Below, one piece after another: positions 13,121 through 25,537 of a stretch of 64,000 nt of DNA. The notes below the pieces were generated by a model that was not told the DNA's origin, did no database searches, and saw only the letters and a program-made list of their open reading frames with translations. This stretch comes from Octopus vulgaris (Eukaryota). The first letter of the stretch is position 1, and each line of letters opens with the position of its first letter. The stretch covers positions 11,532,001-11,596,000 of the forward strand of contig OX597833.1 in NCBI GenBank assembly GCA_951406725.2, in the 5' to 3' direction. Both the position numbers and the translations under genes were made by a program.

Positions 13121-13639
13121 GACCATAAAAATGATAAAGTTCTTCTTTTATAGATATGTTGGCAATATTATCAATTCTTGGCACCTGATTGGTCAATTAC
13201 GAATATCAGCTTGGTGTTTGGCGCGAAGAGAGTCCGTTTCCTGCCAGAAGACTAGTATGGCCACCCCATTAAGGTGTGTGACGCCATTCCACCCAATCAA
13301 TACTTCTTGCGGTTATCAGCGCCAAAGTGTGCACGGAAGTCTCCTTGTAAGACAAATGACTTTACCCCAAATATATCCAAAGCTGCAGTGACTTTGTTAA
13401 GGAAGCATTTATATAACAGGCAGCGTTTTGTATCGTCCGGTCTTGACAGTCTAATTCTTAATTATGAACGGTTGATCCCTTCTGGACCTGCTTCGGGGTT
13501 TGGAAGACGCATATTTTGTATTCCATCCCAATGCATCTCAGATTGAGTTGGGTGGAGACTGCAATATATTTTCCGAATCGTCTCCTCCAATCAAGATCCG
13601 GAGGCAACTGCTTTTATCCCACTCGATGGATGATGCGGT

Positions 13640-15130
13640 ATGGCTATTCCTTCGAGCCCTTAGCGTACTGTATGTATATGCAGCAAACACCGAGGTCAAA
13701 TACAAATCAATCCTAAGCAAATTCACGTCAGCTTTAGATATATTTGGGGTAAAGTCATTTGTCGTGCATGGTGACTTCAGTGCACACCTTGGCACTGATA
13801 ACCGTGAGAAGGATTGATTGGAAGGAATGTCGTCAGTGAACTTAATGGAGAGATCATAGCAGCCTTCAGTGCAGGATATACACTCTCCTCTCTATGGTAT
13901 AGGTATTATTTTAAGACAGGGATATTTATAAGGGTGCCTGGTATAGAAATTCTTGGTGACAGAGGTTTCTGATAGATTTCGGTCATCTTTCACTCTTTGC
14001 TGAACGTTCGTGTAAAAGGAAGGGGTGGAGTTGTCAACTCGTCACTACCTAAATGTCTAAAAACCTGAAAATTCCTACAGTCTGCCGAACACTGGAATTT
14101 GGTAAGTCCAGTGCGACCTACAGAATACAGTTGGAAGCCGCAGTGGATGCTGGGATCAGAAACAAAAATGTGGAGACATTTCCATCCAAATTGAGAGTGA
14201 CCCTCCTGAATGAAGTTGAACATCGAAATGGATTCGTGATTGTATTATTATTTCCGTCAGGTTCTTCTTCGGTTGAACGCTTATTTGAGCTAAACTCACT
14301 TAAAATTGATAAAGCTGCTGGTGAAAAGCACGTTCGGCTTAATATTTTAGAAACCTTAAATACAGATGGTATTCTCTGAGTGTCCCATGTATGCTAGGAG
14401 GATGGGACCTCTGGAAAAAACACCAAGGCAATGGTAATATGGGGTGACAATCACAATTTTTTCAAACGGAGACCAAAGAGTGTGTTCTAATTATAGAAAA
14501 GTCTACACTAGATGTCAGGGAAATATATGTAGGGAAATTGTCGTGCCTAAGATTACCCTCCGAGATGCAGTACACCGGACCAGATAGTCATTTAAAGACA
14601 GATCTTCCAGCAAAATCTTGAAGCATTTCCAAGAGGAATACGCTGTAAACCACGGAAAGGCACACGATCACGTGCCCTGGGACATGTTGCGGATGGTTTA
14701 CCAGAAAGGTGAGTTTAATGGGAAATACTTGTTGCCATAAAGTACTTATATGGATGTTCAAATGTTTGTATTTATGTAAAAGTCGAAAGTTTTCAACGAG
14801 AAGTTTTCACTTAGTTGAAGTGTGCATTGTTAGTGCCCCTTCTCATATTCATTTTTGTGATCTGGTTGAATATGCACAGCCATTGTGGTAGAGGTATCCC
14901 AATTCATCTCTACCTGATCGGTCGACTGTTATTTGTAGACGACATGCTTCTACCTGATTCGTCTGATGGTCACCAACAACGTGCACTGAATTGGTTGGTT
15001 GCCGAGTACCCCCAAGGCAGGATTGACAAATACGCACTGTGCAGGAAAGTGGAACATCATTATTTCGGGTCTCTATTCACGAATGATTGGAAAACAAGAG
15101 TGGACAGAATGCTGAATTGTAGATATAAAC
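13640..15130 (+). mobile_element. Degenerate RTE-clade LINE (APE endonuclease + RT) in intron 2 of gene A
   Basis: VYAANTE..VHGDFSAHLG (APE), KAAGE..LETLN and LLFVDD (RT), with many stops and frameshifts. Confidence 0.75.
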
Positions 15131-15395
15131 GCAGGTCTTGGTACAATTATCAACGTAGCACTGCATATATACTCATATACACACAATAAATGGCATAGTA
15201 TATTAGAGTAACATTTTATTTAGGAAATTATTGTAATGTAGAATATATTTTAAAATAAATACAGGCAAGTGTCTTAGTATATATTATTGTGGACATATGG
15301 ATAGTATTGTGGAACTAGTTCAAAGTTGGTGAAATTATAAACCATTACTTAAGGAGACACGGGTAAAAGACTTTAGCTATAAAATTAGTTCTTAC

Positions 15396-15447
15396 TTGGT
15401 GTGACATCAGGTTTATCGTCGAGAGATTTCTTAGAGATGAAACGGTT
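15396..15447 (-). CDS. Gene A exon 2 NRFISKKSLDDKPDVTP (stalk)
   Basis: Acceptor ttttttcacag and donor A|gtaaga. The 52-nt phase 0-1 exon exactly bridges exons 1 and 3 and is conserved in copies B and C. Confidence 0.85.
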
Positions 15448-15539
15448 CTGTGAAAAAATAGAAATAGCATCATATAAATAGAACTTCAGGGTATTTATTA
15501 TCGTTTAGAACTTAAAACAATGCAATAGATGACAACATA

Positions 15540-16126
15540 TTCGGACAGGTATCATTGCCAACACTACCATCTCAACCCCTTAGGAATCTTCTAGAAGGCG
15601 CTTCTGAACAATATCAGAGAATACAACTATGCATTTCAAATGACATCGTTTAGTGAATCTAAGAAAATAGATAAACATGAATTTACGCCGACGTCAAAGT
15701 TCAAGGGCAAGTCTATCCCCTCATTGGTTCCCTGGTACCCGCGAATGAACAACCACAGTTCCTCCAAATTTACTCCATGAGTGATGTAGGACAACAAACC
15801 CGACGTGAGGTGTCAAAATTTCCGATGATGGGTCGTGTTAGACACAGGGCACACTGCTGCAAAGGAGGGTATATCCACTGATAGCTTTTCGGTGCGTTCA
15901 AAATTCACACAAACCCCACCTCCAATTTTGCATGAGAGTTTAGGGCCTGAAATACTCCAAACGGACGCATAGCATGTTGCTTAGTCGAATTATCCCAGCA
16001 TTTACTCTACAAATATTTTGTTGTCAATGTTGCACTTTCCCATATCACCTGTTTCAAAAGGACTGGAATATATTATATACCCACTTTGCCATTTTAATCC
16101 CCAGCAATGCCGGGTATGTCTACTAG
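15540..16126 (+). mobile_element. Helitron remnant with 3' terminus
   Basis: NIRxYNxAFQMTSF..KVQGQVY..IGSL..QFLQIY Rep-helicase N-terminal motifs, then a CCCAGC-AAT-GCCGGG hairpin followed by CTAG|T at 16123-16127. Confidence 0.75.
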
Positions 16127-16224
16127 TACACACACAGGAAGATATCTCCTCCAGCTGGCTATAGACACACTATCTGTGTCCTCTCAGTATTTGTGAAGGG
16201 GAGTCATCCTCCCCGTCTTCAACT

Positions 16225-16285
16225 CATGATACACACGGACCCGAGTTTCAAGGTGTTTACCTATCATCAGCGTGTGACAATCATG
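16225..16285 (-). ncRNA. Type I hammerhead ribozyme (inverted arm)
   Basis: Exact reverse complement of 16570-16630. Confidence 0.8.
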
Positions 16286-16569
16286 GTTGTCGACGAGAAG
16301 TCAGCTCCCTTCACAAATACATATACTTTTTCCAGTGTCGATTGACACTGATATTGAAAAAGTGAAATCAAACATTGATAAATCTCAGAGCGAGTTATAA
16401 ACAGTAGCGGTAACACATCATGACGCATATTTGCCATTTGAATATGGCTACTGTTTATAACTCGCTCTGAGATTTATCATTGTTTGATTTCACTTTTTCA
16501 ATATCAGTGTCAATCGACACTGGAAAAAGTATATGTATTTGTGAAGGGAGCTGACTTCTCGTCGACAAC

Positions 16570-16630
16570 CATGATTGTCACACGCTGATGATAGGTAAAC
16601 ACCTTGAAACTCGGGTCCGTGTGTATCATG
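16570..16630 (+). ncRNA. Type I hammerhead ribozyme
   Basis: CATGAT-TGT-CACACG CTGATGA T-AGGT-AAAC-ACCT-T GAAA CTCGG GTC CGTGTG-T-ATCATG, with predicted cleavage after C16617. Confidence 0.82.
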
Positions 16631-16871
16631 AGTTGAAGACGGGGAGGATGACTCCCCTTCACAAATACTGAGAGGACACAGATAGTGTGTCTATAGCCAG
16701 CTGGAGGAGATATCTTCCTGGGGCTACAAACTACAGTAGCATCCACCCTTAGGGGTTAGCCATATTCAAATGGCAAATATGCGTCACGATGTGTTACCGC
16801 TACTGCTTATAACTCGCTCTGAGATTTATCATTGTTATATATATATATACATGTATATATATAGTTAAAAT

Positions 16872-17130
16872 TATCCAAACAAGAAAGCACAAAAAAACAA
16901 CAACGCGATTACGTGGAACAAATATAGTATTATTGGACGCTCAGGAAAGAAGGAGGGTTTAACGTTTCGGGTGGAGCTCTTCGTTAGAAACATACGAGAT
17001 GGAAAGATCCAGAGGAGGAAAGACAGAGGAAAAGAAATCGCCAACGGTACACACGCGGTCAGATTTTGAATGATCGAAGGGAAATGGGTGAAGAAAAGTT
17101 CTTTCAAAGAGAGGAGAGTGGTAGAGGAGG
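16872..17130 (-). mobile_element. Solo pLTR / 3' fragment related to the Neptune-like element at 1-3440
   Basis: Similar to 2980-3200 (ccaaac..aaaaaaacaacaac..cgctcaggaaa..cgtttcg..ggagctcttcgt..gaaacata). Confidence 0.7.
16957..16991 (-). ncRNA. Degenerate minimal hammerhead (Neptune-type pLTR)
   Basis: GTTT CTAACGAA GAGC-TCC-ACCC GAAAC GTT AAAC. The G5>A core change is probably inactivating. Confidence 0.6.
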
Positions 17131-18236
17131 AGGAATGTGTGTGTAAGAGTGGATAAGAGCGTGAGCGGAGGTCTGCGTATGAGTGTGTGTGTATGTGTGT
17201 ATGTGTGCAATGATGACACGTGTGTGCATGTGTGTGTGTATGTGTGTGCTGTTGTGGCTGTTAATCTGCGTGTTGTAAGGCTATTAGTGTTAAGGTCAAG
17301 GAAGAAGGAATTGGGCGTGGCTACTTCCGTCTCTACCACAAATCAAGTAGTAGGTACTGCTAGTTTGAAGTATGTGTGTGTGTGCGTGTTTGTATATGTA
17401 TCGTGTGTGTGTTTTGTTTGTAGTGTGTGTGTGTCGGTATGTATGTTTGAGTTCGTGTATATAGGCGTAGAGTTAGGGTGTGTGGCGAATAACTGTGCTT
17501 TACATAGTGTATGTGTGCGTGTGTGTGTATGTGTGTATGTGTGCAATGATGACACGTGTGTGTGTGTGTGTTTTGTGTGTAGTGTGTTTGTGTGTGTATG
17601 TGTGTGTATGCGTAGAGTTTGGGTGTGTGGCGAATAACTGTGCGTATGTGTGTATTCATGTTTGTATAATTGTGTGCGTGTATGTATAATTGTGTGCCGT
17701 ATGTATGGGACGTATGTGTGGGTTCATTTGTGCGTGTGTGTATGCATGTGCGTGTCGTATGTGCGCGTAGTTGTGTGTGCGTGTACGTGTGCGTTTGTAT
17801 GTGTGTCTGAGCGTATATGGGTGCATATACGTGTATCCGTGGGGTTGTGAGTTTTCGGCGTGTGCATTCGTGTGCGCATGTTTTTGCGTGCGTGTCTGTG
17901 TGTCTGTGTCTATATGTGTATACGGATGTGTATGTGTGTGTGCGCGTGTAGGCATATATTGTGTGTATGTATATGTATCGGTGTGTATGTGAATTTGTAC
18001 ATGCGTGTGTGTGTGGGGGGTTTTGGAGTTGTGTGAGCGTAATGTGCGTGCGTGTGCTTGTGTGCGTGTGTGCGCTTAAGTACGTGTATGTGCGTGTGTG
18101 TCTGTGCCCATGTGTGTATAAGTGTGTGCGTATCTGTATGAGTATCGTAAAATGTATATGTGGGCATCTGTGCTGGTGTGTGTGTATGTACGTGTGTATG
18201 TGTGTGTGTGTGTATTGTGTGCGTATGATACATATA

Positions 18237-18512
18237 TCTCCGTGATCACCGTCACTGAACAGTTGTTGCTACATATCGCTGGTCACAATGCGCTTCGCAT
18301 TGTTTTAGCCTTCAAATGACGCCACCCCGCGGGCTAAGCGAGCAGGCCAACAGAAGAAAGGGAGAATGTTGTAGCGAAAGAGTACAGCAGAGATCACAAC
18401 AACCCGCTCCCTGAGCCTCGTGGAGCTTTAAACACACACAACGCCCAGTCTGGGAATCGAAACCGCGATCCTACAACCGTGAGTCCGCTGCCCTAACCAC
18501 TGGGCCACTGCG

Positions 18513-18516
<4 letters not shown>
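18237..18516 (-). mobile_element. tRNA-derived SINE
   Basis: The minus strand starts GAGGCGCAGTGGCCCAGTGGTTAGG (A box) and has GGTTTCGATTCCC (B box). A head fragment also lies at 19501-19558 (+). Confidence 0.8.
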
Positions 18517-18561
<45 letters not shown>

Positions 18562-19309
18562 AATACATATCAATATATACGTATGCACGGATACTTAGGC
18601 ATACACACCATAAATATCACAAATATACGTATCTACTTATACGCATACACACACACAAACGCACACATATATGTGAGTGGACATACACTGTATAGTGTGA
18701 TTGTTCGTGTACAATTAAGCACGTGTGTCTGTGTGCGTGCGTATGTGTGTGTGTTTGTGTTTATTTGTGCGTGTGTTTGTCCGTGTGTCTGTGTGTATGT
18801 ATTTACATTCGTTCTTACATATTGTCATATATAAAAACCAACGTGAATTACAGTCAAACATTACGAAATTCACCGATCTACATTGGCACTCGCACGTTTT
18901 ATTTTCAGTTGGAAAGAAAATATTAAAAAAACCCGCCTCACTTCCGTTCCTGATGGAGAGAAATAGATAAATGTGTGTAAATATGTACGTATTCCTATGT
19001 GTGCGTGTGTGTGTGTTTGTATGTGTCTGTTTCTGTGCGTGTGTGTAAGTGTACATCTAGATATAATACTTAACACTAATATTAATAGGGCTAAACGTTG
19101 CAGCGACAGGGCATGGCCATGCTAGAACTCCACCATTAGATTTTTTTCATTACGCACTTATTTCCCTCTCCAGGATTATGTCTGGTGAAAGAGCGATCGG
19201 ACAGGAGTACAATTGCACTCTTCTTTGTGTTTCCTCGGGATGTGTGTATATGTATATATACATACATATATATATATACATATACATACATATATATATA
19301 TATTTAAAT

Positions 19310-19371
<62 letters not shown>

Positions 19372-19439
19372 TGATAGTTAGATATGTATGTATATACATA
19401 CGTAACTATATATGTGTGTTTGTATATATGATATGTATG

Positions 19440-19502
<63 letters not shown>

Positions 19503-19560
19503 AGGTACAATGGCCCAGTGGTCGTAGGATCGCGCTTTCGATTCCCAGACCGAGGGGTGA

Positions 19561-19594
<34 letters not shown>

Positions 19595-19598
<4 letters not shown>

Positions 19599-19756
19599 TT
19601 TTGGCAATAAGTTGCTTAAACTACATACCGAAAATGTTAGAAATAGCAGTCAAAGGCCTACCATTTCTATTACAACAATGGTAGAAATGGTAGCCCTTTG
19701 ACTGCTATTTCTAATATTTTCGGTATGTGGTTTAAGCAACTTGTTGCAAAAAACCC
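19595..19756. mobile_element. Palindromic MITE
   Basis: gggttttt..aagttgcttaaa..cataccgaaaat..tagaaatagcagtcaaagg..taccatttcta is mirrored almost perfectly. It abuts (TA)n. Confidence 0.8.
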
Positions 19757-19874
19757 TTATTATAATTATATAAATTTTTACCGTATATGGTCCTTTTCCA
19801 TACCGAAATACTACTAGGTGAAATTTATTGATTTTATTAAATTTATTATACTTCACACATTATCTGTATCTATG

Positions 19875-19906
<32 letters not shown>

Positions 19907-20780
19907 TTACAGTGTCTGTGTGGTAAAACACTTGCTTCTTAACCACAAGGACGAATTGGACGAATGCCTACCACTCTAACCTCCAGCTGACCAGAGCCAT
20001 CTAAGTAGATTTGGTAGATTTAGACTGAAAGAAGGGTGCTATACACACACACACACACAAACACAAACACACACACACACACACATGTGTATGTATGTAT
20101 GTATCTATATATTATGTATGTGTCTGTGATTGTCGCACCACTATTGCTTCTCAACTGATGTCGGTGTGTTTACATCCCCGTTACATAGCGGTTCGGCTAG
20201 AGATACTGATACACTGAGCACTAGGCTTAAAAAGAATAATTCCTGAAGTCGATTTCTCCTACTAAACGCAGTGCTCTAGTATGGCCGCAGTCAAATGACT
20301 GAAACTAGTAAAAGGTTATTTTTATACATAAACATACACACACATATATATATGTATAGAGAGAGAGATAGACAGAGAGATACAGAGATAGATACACACA
20401 TATATATGTTTGTATATTTATATATATGTACACGCACTAATATATTCATATATATGTATATTTATATATACATATATATGTATATTATATATACAAATAT
20501 ATGTATATGTATATATATGTATATACATATATGTATGTTTAGGTGTGTGCGCCTGTGTGTTTTTGTGTGATTACGTGTGTGATGGATCGTATGTGTGTGT
20601 GTGTGTGTGCTCTATAGGAACATATGTACATGGTTAATGCATACATCCGTCCATCCATCCATACATCCATATATTAATACATACATACGTTGATGCATAC
20701 ATGCATACACTCATGCACGTATAAGTACCTATATAAATACATAAAGACATACATATATTAACAAAAAATCCATGACTTAC

Positions 20781-20924
20781 CGTTTTCGATTTCTCTTCCA
20801 TTTTTCCTATTCTTGAATCTTGATGAAGAATCACGATCGTCAGAACGAGAAGAACCCCAAAAGCTATGAGAGAAGAAATGGAATAACGCTGCGAAATATT
20901 CCTGGACAGTTGTGCGAAATCCAT
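20781..20924 (-). CDS. Gene A exon 1: cytoplasmic tail + transmembrane/signal anchor
   Basis: MDFAQLSRNISQRYSISSLIAFGVLLVLTIVILHQDSRIGKMEEKSKT with donor ACG|gtaagt (phase 0). The paralogous exon in copy C has the same length. Confidence 0.85.
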
Positions 20925-21060
20925 TCTGGTGACAGTTGTCGGCCGTAAGTGATACTTCGTGTGGCTTCAACAAAAGATCGAGATGCGAGGTTGAAGCTGA
21001 AAACCTGTAACTGAATTCCACGTATTTATTGAGCGCACAACAACCCAGCTCTGGCATAGA

Positions 21061-21093
21061 TCTTATCGTAAATTTAAGAACCAATGCGATTGG
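21061..21093 (-). promoter_or_regulatory. Upstream motif conserved with copy C (52359-52390), containing a CCAAT box
   Basis: atcgtaaattyarGAACCAAT..gattg occurs in both promoters, within otherwise diverged DNA. Confidence 0.45.
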
Positions 21094-21356
21094 TGGAACT
21101 GTAAAAGCGGGTGTGAACTTCTCTGACAGGTTTAATTACGGGAAAATGATGGTTTGATATTGTCACACAATAATTAGCAAAATATTTTGATGAATGAGAG
21201 ACACGTGTAAAGTGAAATGATTCCTGTTTCTGGATATATTATGATATATTTATTTACTAATGTTGTTATTTTAATTTTATTTGTTATTCTTGGGAAACTG
21301 TTTTAATATTCAGTGTGGGAAGTATTTCGTTCAACCAGCAAATACACAGACACAAA

Positions 21357-21405
<49 letters not shown>

Positions 21406-23082
21406 ACACACACACACACACACACACACACACTGACACACACACACACACTCTTTTAATATTCAGTGTGGGAAGTATTTCGTTCAACCCACACAGTAAT
21501 CGCAAGACTTAATCTAATGAAGTCCGCTGTTCGGATTGGATTCTTCACAACAAGCGTTAATCTGATTAGAAAAGTTTTATGCGAATATCAAAATCAAAAC
21601 CTACCAATTCCCACACACTCATACATACATATATGCATACATACATGCACACATACATACATACATGCATACATACATACATACATACCCCCATACATAT
21701 ATACATACACACACACACACATATATGCATACATACACACATACATACACACATACATACATACATACATACACACACACATACATACATACATACATAC
21801 TTTCATACATACATACATGCATGCATATATGTATACATACATGTATGTATGTATACATGTATGCATGCATGTATGTATGAATGTAAGCATGTATATATCG
21901 ATAGACACATATACACATACATACATACATACATACATACATACATACATCCATTCATCCATCCATACATACATACTTGGTGGCTACCCCCTCGTTATCG
22001 AGTATGGCCATTGCACGAAGCTTAATCAATGTTGTTATCGTGCAATGCCTGTGCATGAAGATTTTTCTTAAAGCAAGGAAAGGCTGTGCACTGAGTCAAT
22101 CCCACTCACTAAGCAACACCAGCCATAATCTGAAAAGAAGAACAAGTCAACATCAACGGTAACCACTGAGCCGCAGGTCTTATATCGGAGTTATCCCAGT
22201 TACCTGAGTTACCTTCTCCTAGAAGGATGCCCTAACAAAGTCGAGGAATCCTTCACTCCCAATGGTTTAACCGCGCGATCGGGTATTCAGTCCGATTATT
22301 TCTATGTCTCCGCGCATGATACAGCCTTAAGACATTTATTGGATGGCCGTTGACTCTGAAGAGTTCCTCCGTCCTTTGACGGCTTTTTTTTCATCCCCCA
22401 GGGTGTCCAATAAACTCCCTCCTCACCAAGCAAGCTTGGTGGGGTTGCCGGCTTAGTCGCCGACGAACCGACAATGCAACAGGTTGTACTGGGTTACATG
22501 TTACCAGTAGCACTCGAAAGTGACCTGACATACATACATGCATACATACATACATATATACATACATACATACATACATTCATACATATATACATACATA
22601 CATACATGCATACATACATACATACATGCATACATGCATACGTACATACATGCATACATACATAGATACATACATACATACATGCATGCATGCATGCATA
22701 CATACATACATACATACATACATACATACATACATACATGCATACAAAAATATCCTGTTCATGGTGTTGAAATTCCAATGAAAGATACTTGGAACTAAGT
22801 TAGAAGCCGTCTCTCTTTCTGTTGGCCAGAAATATTCTATTAAAACCGAATAATGACATACATACATATTTTTAGCTAGTCATTATCACTAGCTTTGAAT
22901 ATGTTTCTTCTTGTTTTATAAATCATAGCAAAACATACAGGTACAGTGTCTCCCATGTGAAACTCAATTCGCAAGTGCACCTTCCGTATGGACTGCATAT
23001 GTACGACGGAATTCCATAGTTATGATTAAATTTTCTTAGATGAAGCATATTAGACCCCTCAGATATAGTTTGACCTAATTTA

Positions 23083-23123
<41 letters not shown>

Positions 23124-23250
23124 CGTGTGTGTATGTGTGTGTGTGTGTATGTGTGTGTGTTGTGTGTGTGTGTGTGTGCGTGCGTGTGTGTGTGTGTATG
23201 TGTGTGTGTTGTGTTGTGTGTGTGCGTGCGTGTGTGTGTGTGTGTGTGTG

Positions 23251-23301
<51 letters not shown>

Positions 23302-24790
23302 CACTCTCTGTTTGGCCCTCGAAATAAGGTTAATTTCAAATAAGCTACAAAATAAATCTTATAGCCATGTCAGATTTCAACAAAGTCCTATAATTTTTCC
23401 TATTGTAATGGCGGGTTGCATATGCAGCTGCGCATGCTCTGTACAGCTTAAACACATGGCGGTCGGTTTAACTGTCTAATTATGCCGCTGAATCAAAAGA
23501 TGAATTTGAAGATCTACCAGCGTCCGTATTCTCTGCAATTGTTTACGATTTACAACCAGGAAAATATTTGTAATCTAGAGAAGCGAATGCAGATTTACCC
23601 ATCAGACTAATAATAGTGGGATAGTAAACATTAATAATCTTTAATCTTTATTGCAGCTTGATGCTGTAAACCGAAACCTTCGTTTATCTAACAAATATTC
23701 GACACACTCCAACATACTGTCATGAATCCTATTGGATATAACGTGACGGTCACAACATCTCAGCCTTCTTACACACAGCATCCGTGCTTGCCCTGACTAT
23801 ATTTTCTCTATTTACTCTCACTTTTATGGGTGTTGTATTCGTTTCGCATGATATGTATTCAGCTTCTAGGATCCATCTTTTCTTCGAGTCTGGTATGTTT
23901 ACGTAGATGAGTGAAAGAAATCGTCGTATTTGATGATCTCTGCTGTCGAAATTTTTCTGGTTGATTTCCTTTCTTATTCTTGTATATCAGCGTTTAGTGT
24001 ATGACGTGTATGTTGCGTGCATCGAGTTTCATTTTGTATCTTATTTTGAAGAGAGGTGGGAATTTTGTGATATAGATTTAGGTTGGCAGGACCAATACTC
24101 ATTTATACTGTCTTTTGAAGGATTGATCGTGTAAATTCCACACTCTCAGAAAGCTTAAATTGAACATTTTGTGATATTTCTAAAGTAGACGATAAATAGG
24201 TTTTATAAGATATGGGGTAGGAATGGAACGGAAAGCTTTCCTGATTAATAACGGCAAATAGAATGGATTGTGTGGAAGTATCTGGTTGTTGTTGAAAGAA
24301 TCAGTTAAGTTCCGTGCGAAGTAATGTAGCGGTTCATGGGTCCTTGTCAGAATCCGAGTTGTAATTTGAAAACCAAGATGCCTGAAATAGTAGCGTCGAG
24401 TATTAGATTTTCTAAGGCTGGGCATGAAAAGCTGATATAATTCTATGGTGGTACTTTATTTGGGGTTTGTTGAATCATGAGACAGAAGACAAAATACTGT
24501 TAAACAAAATAACATTTTATTTCAACGATAAGTTTGATAAACTGAAATCTTACAAAATGTTTTCTAGAATCATTTCGACAGATTTAGATTTTTCTTCTTT
24601 TTGAGGAGATTTCTGGCATTCTACGTCGCCTCTTTTGTATTGTTTGAATATCTTCTGTAAACTAGTACAACAGTTTATTGTAACGATAGACATACTTTAA
24701 AGAAAATATTAGGTAACAAAATTGAAAATTTTATGTTATTTATTGTAATTCACAGACATATTTTCATATGGAACCGAATTTAATTTCTAT

Positions 24791-25287
24791 TCAATATTTA
24801 CTGCACACAACGCAGGTTAATTCTTGGCCATTGACATACGGTGGACATGGCAATGAACCACAATCAGCCTCAACGAAATATAATAGAGCTCCATTTTCGT
24901 TTCTGTAACCCGCTGGATCAGCTTCAGGTGCATAGTCCACACAAACATATTCATGTCTGCCCTTATGACTATGACGCTCGGTCATCAAATATCCTGAATA
25001 TTCAGCCGTCCAACCAGAGTAACACTGTGTCCTGGCTGGTAACATCATAACAACAGCAGGTTGTCGTGTCAAACAGACAGCGCACGGAACGTTGTGATCA
25101 TGAAGTGATTTAGCGTTAGCAAAAGAAAAGAGTTTATTTGAGTAGTGGGATATTTCATATTCACTGCCATAAATGTAACCACCTTCTTCAACTTCAGTCG
25201 TATAATTGGCCCAAATGGGATCGTTAGGTAAACACAAGAGATTACTTCCGCCACCTGTGTGGTCAAAGAATTGTCCACCAACCACAC
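24791..25287 (-). pseudogene. Copy B exon 4 (open C4-like domain exon of a probably disabled gene)
   Basis: Intact 497-nt exon with an acceptor, but the upstream exon 3 is frameshifted and no exon 1 was found. Confidence 0.75.
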
Positions 25288-25493
25288 CTAGAATTGGTAA
25301 GAATAAATCAAGTAAAAAAGATATTAAGCAAAATTATATATGAAATAACGGAAACATTCATTACAGTTTGACCCTTAAAAGTAGTCATGTCTAGTCGCGT
25401 GTGAACGAATTGTGGTGTATATATTAGTGTTTATGTGAGTGTAAGCTGTGTGTTGAGGTATGCATGAGATCATAGCTGTGCATTTGCATTCTC

Positions 25494-25535
<42 letters not shown>

Positions 25536-25537
25536 AG

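Larger units (their letters stand above)
16135..16836. mobile_element. Non-coding hammerhead-bearing retrozyme-like element: ~1.1 units (+, 352-nt period) preceded by an inverted partial unit
   Basis: 16135-16408 and 16447-16720 are near-perfect inverted repeats. 16447-16484 recurs at 16799-16836. Each arm contains an HHR. Confidence 0.8.

Noticed and set aside
18237-18516. tRNA gene candidates
   Set aside because: The A/B boxes belong to SINE heads, and there is no full cloverleaf.
22060-22530. GC-richer island that may be a LINE 5' UTR with an HDV-like ribozyme (similarly 53000-53430)
   Set aside because: I could not fold a convincing nested double pseudoknot by eye. It needs an Infernal/RNArobo search.
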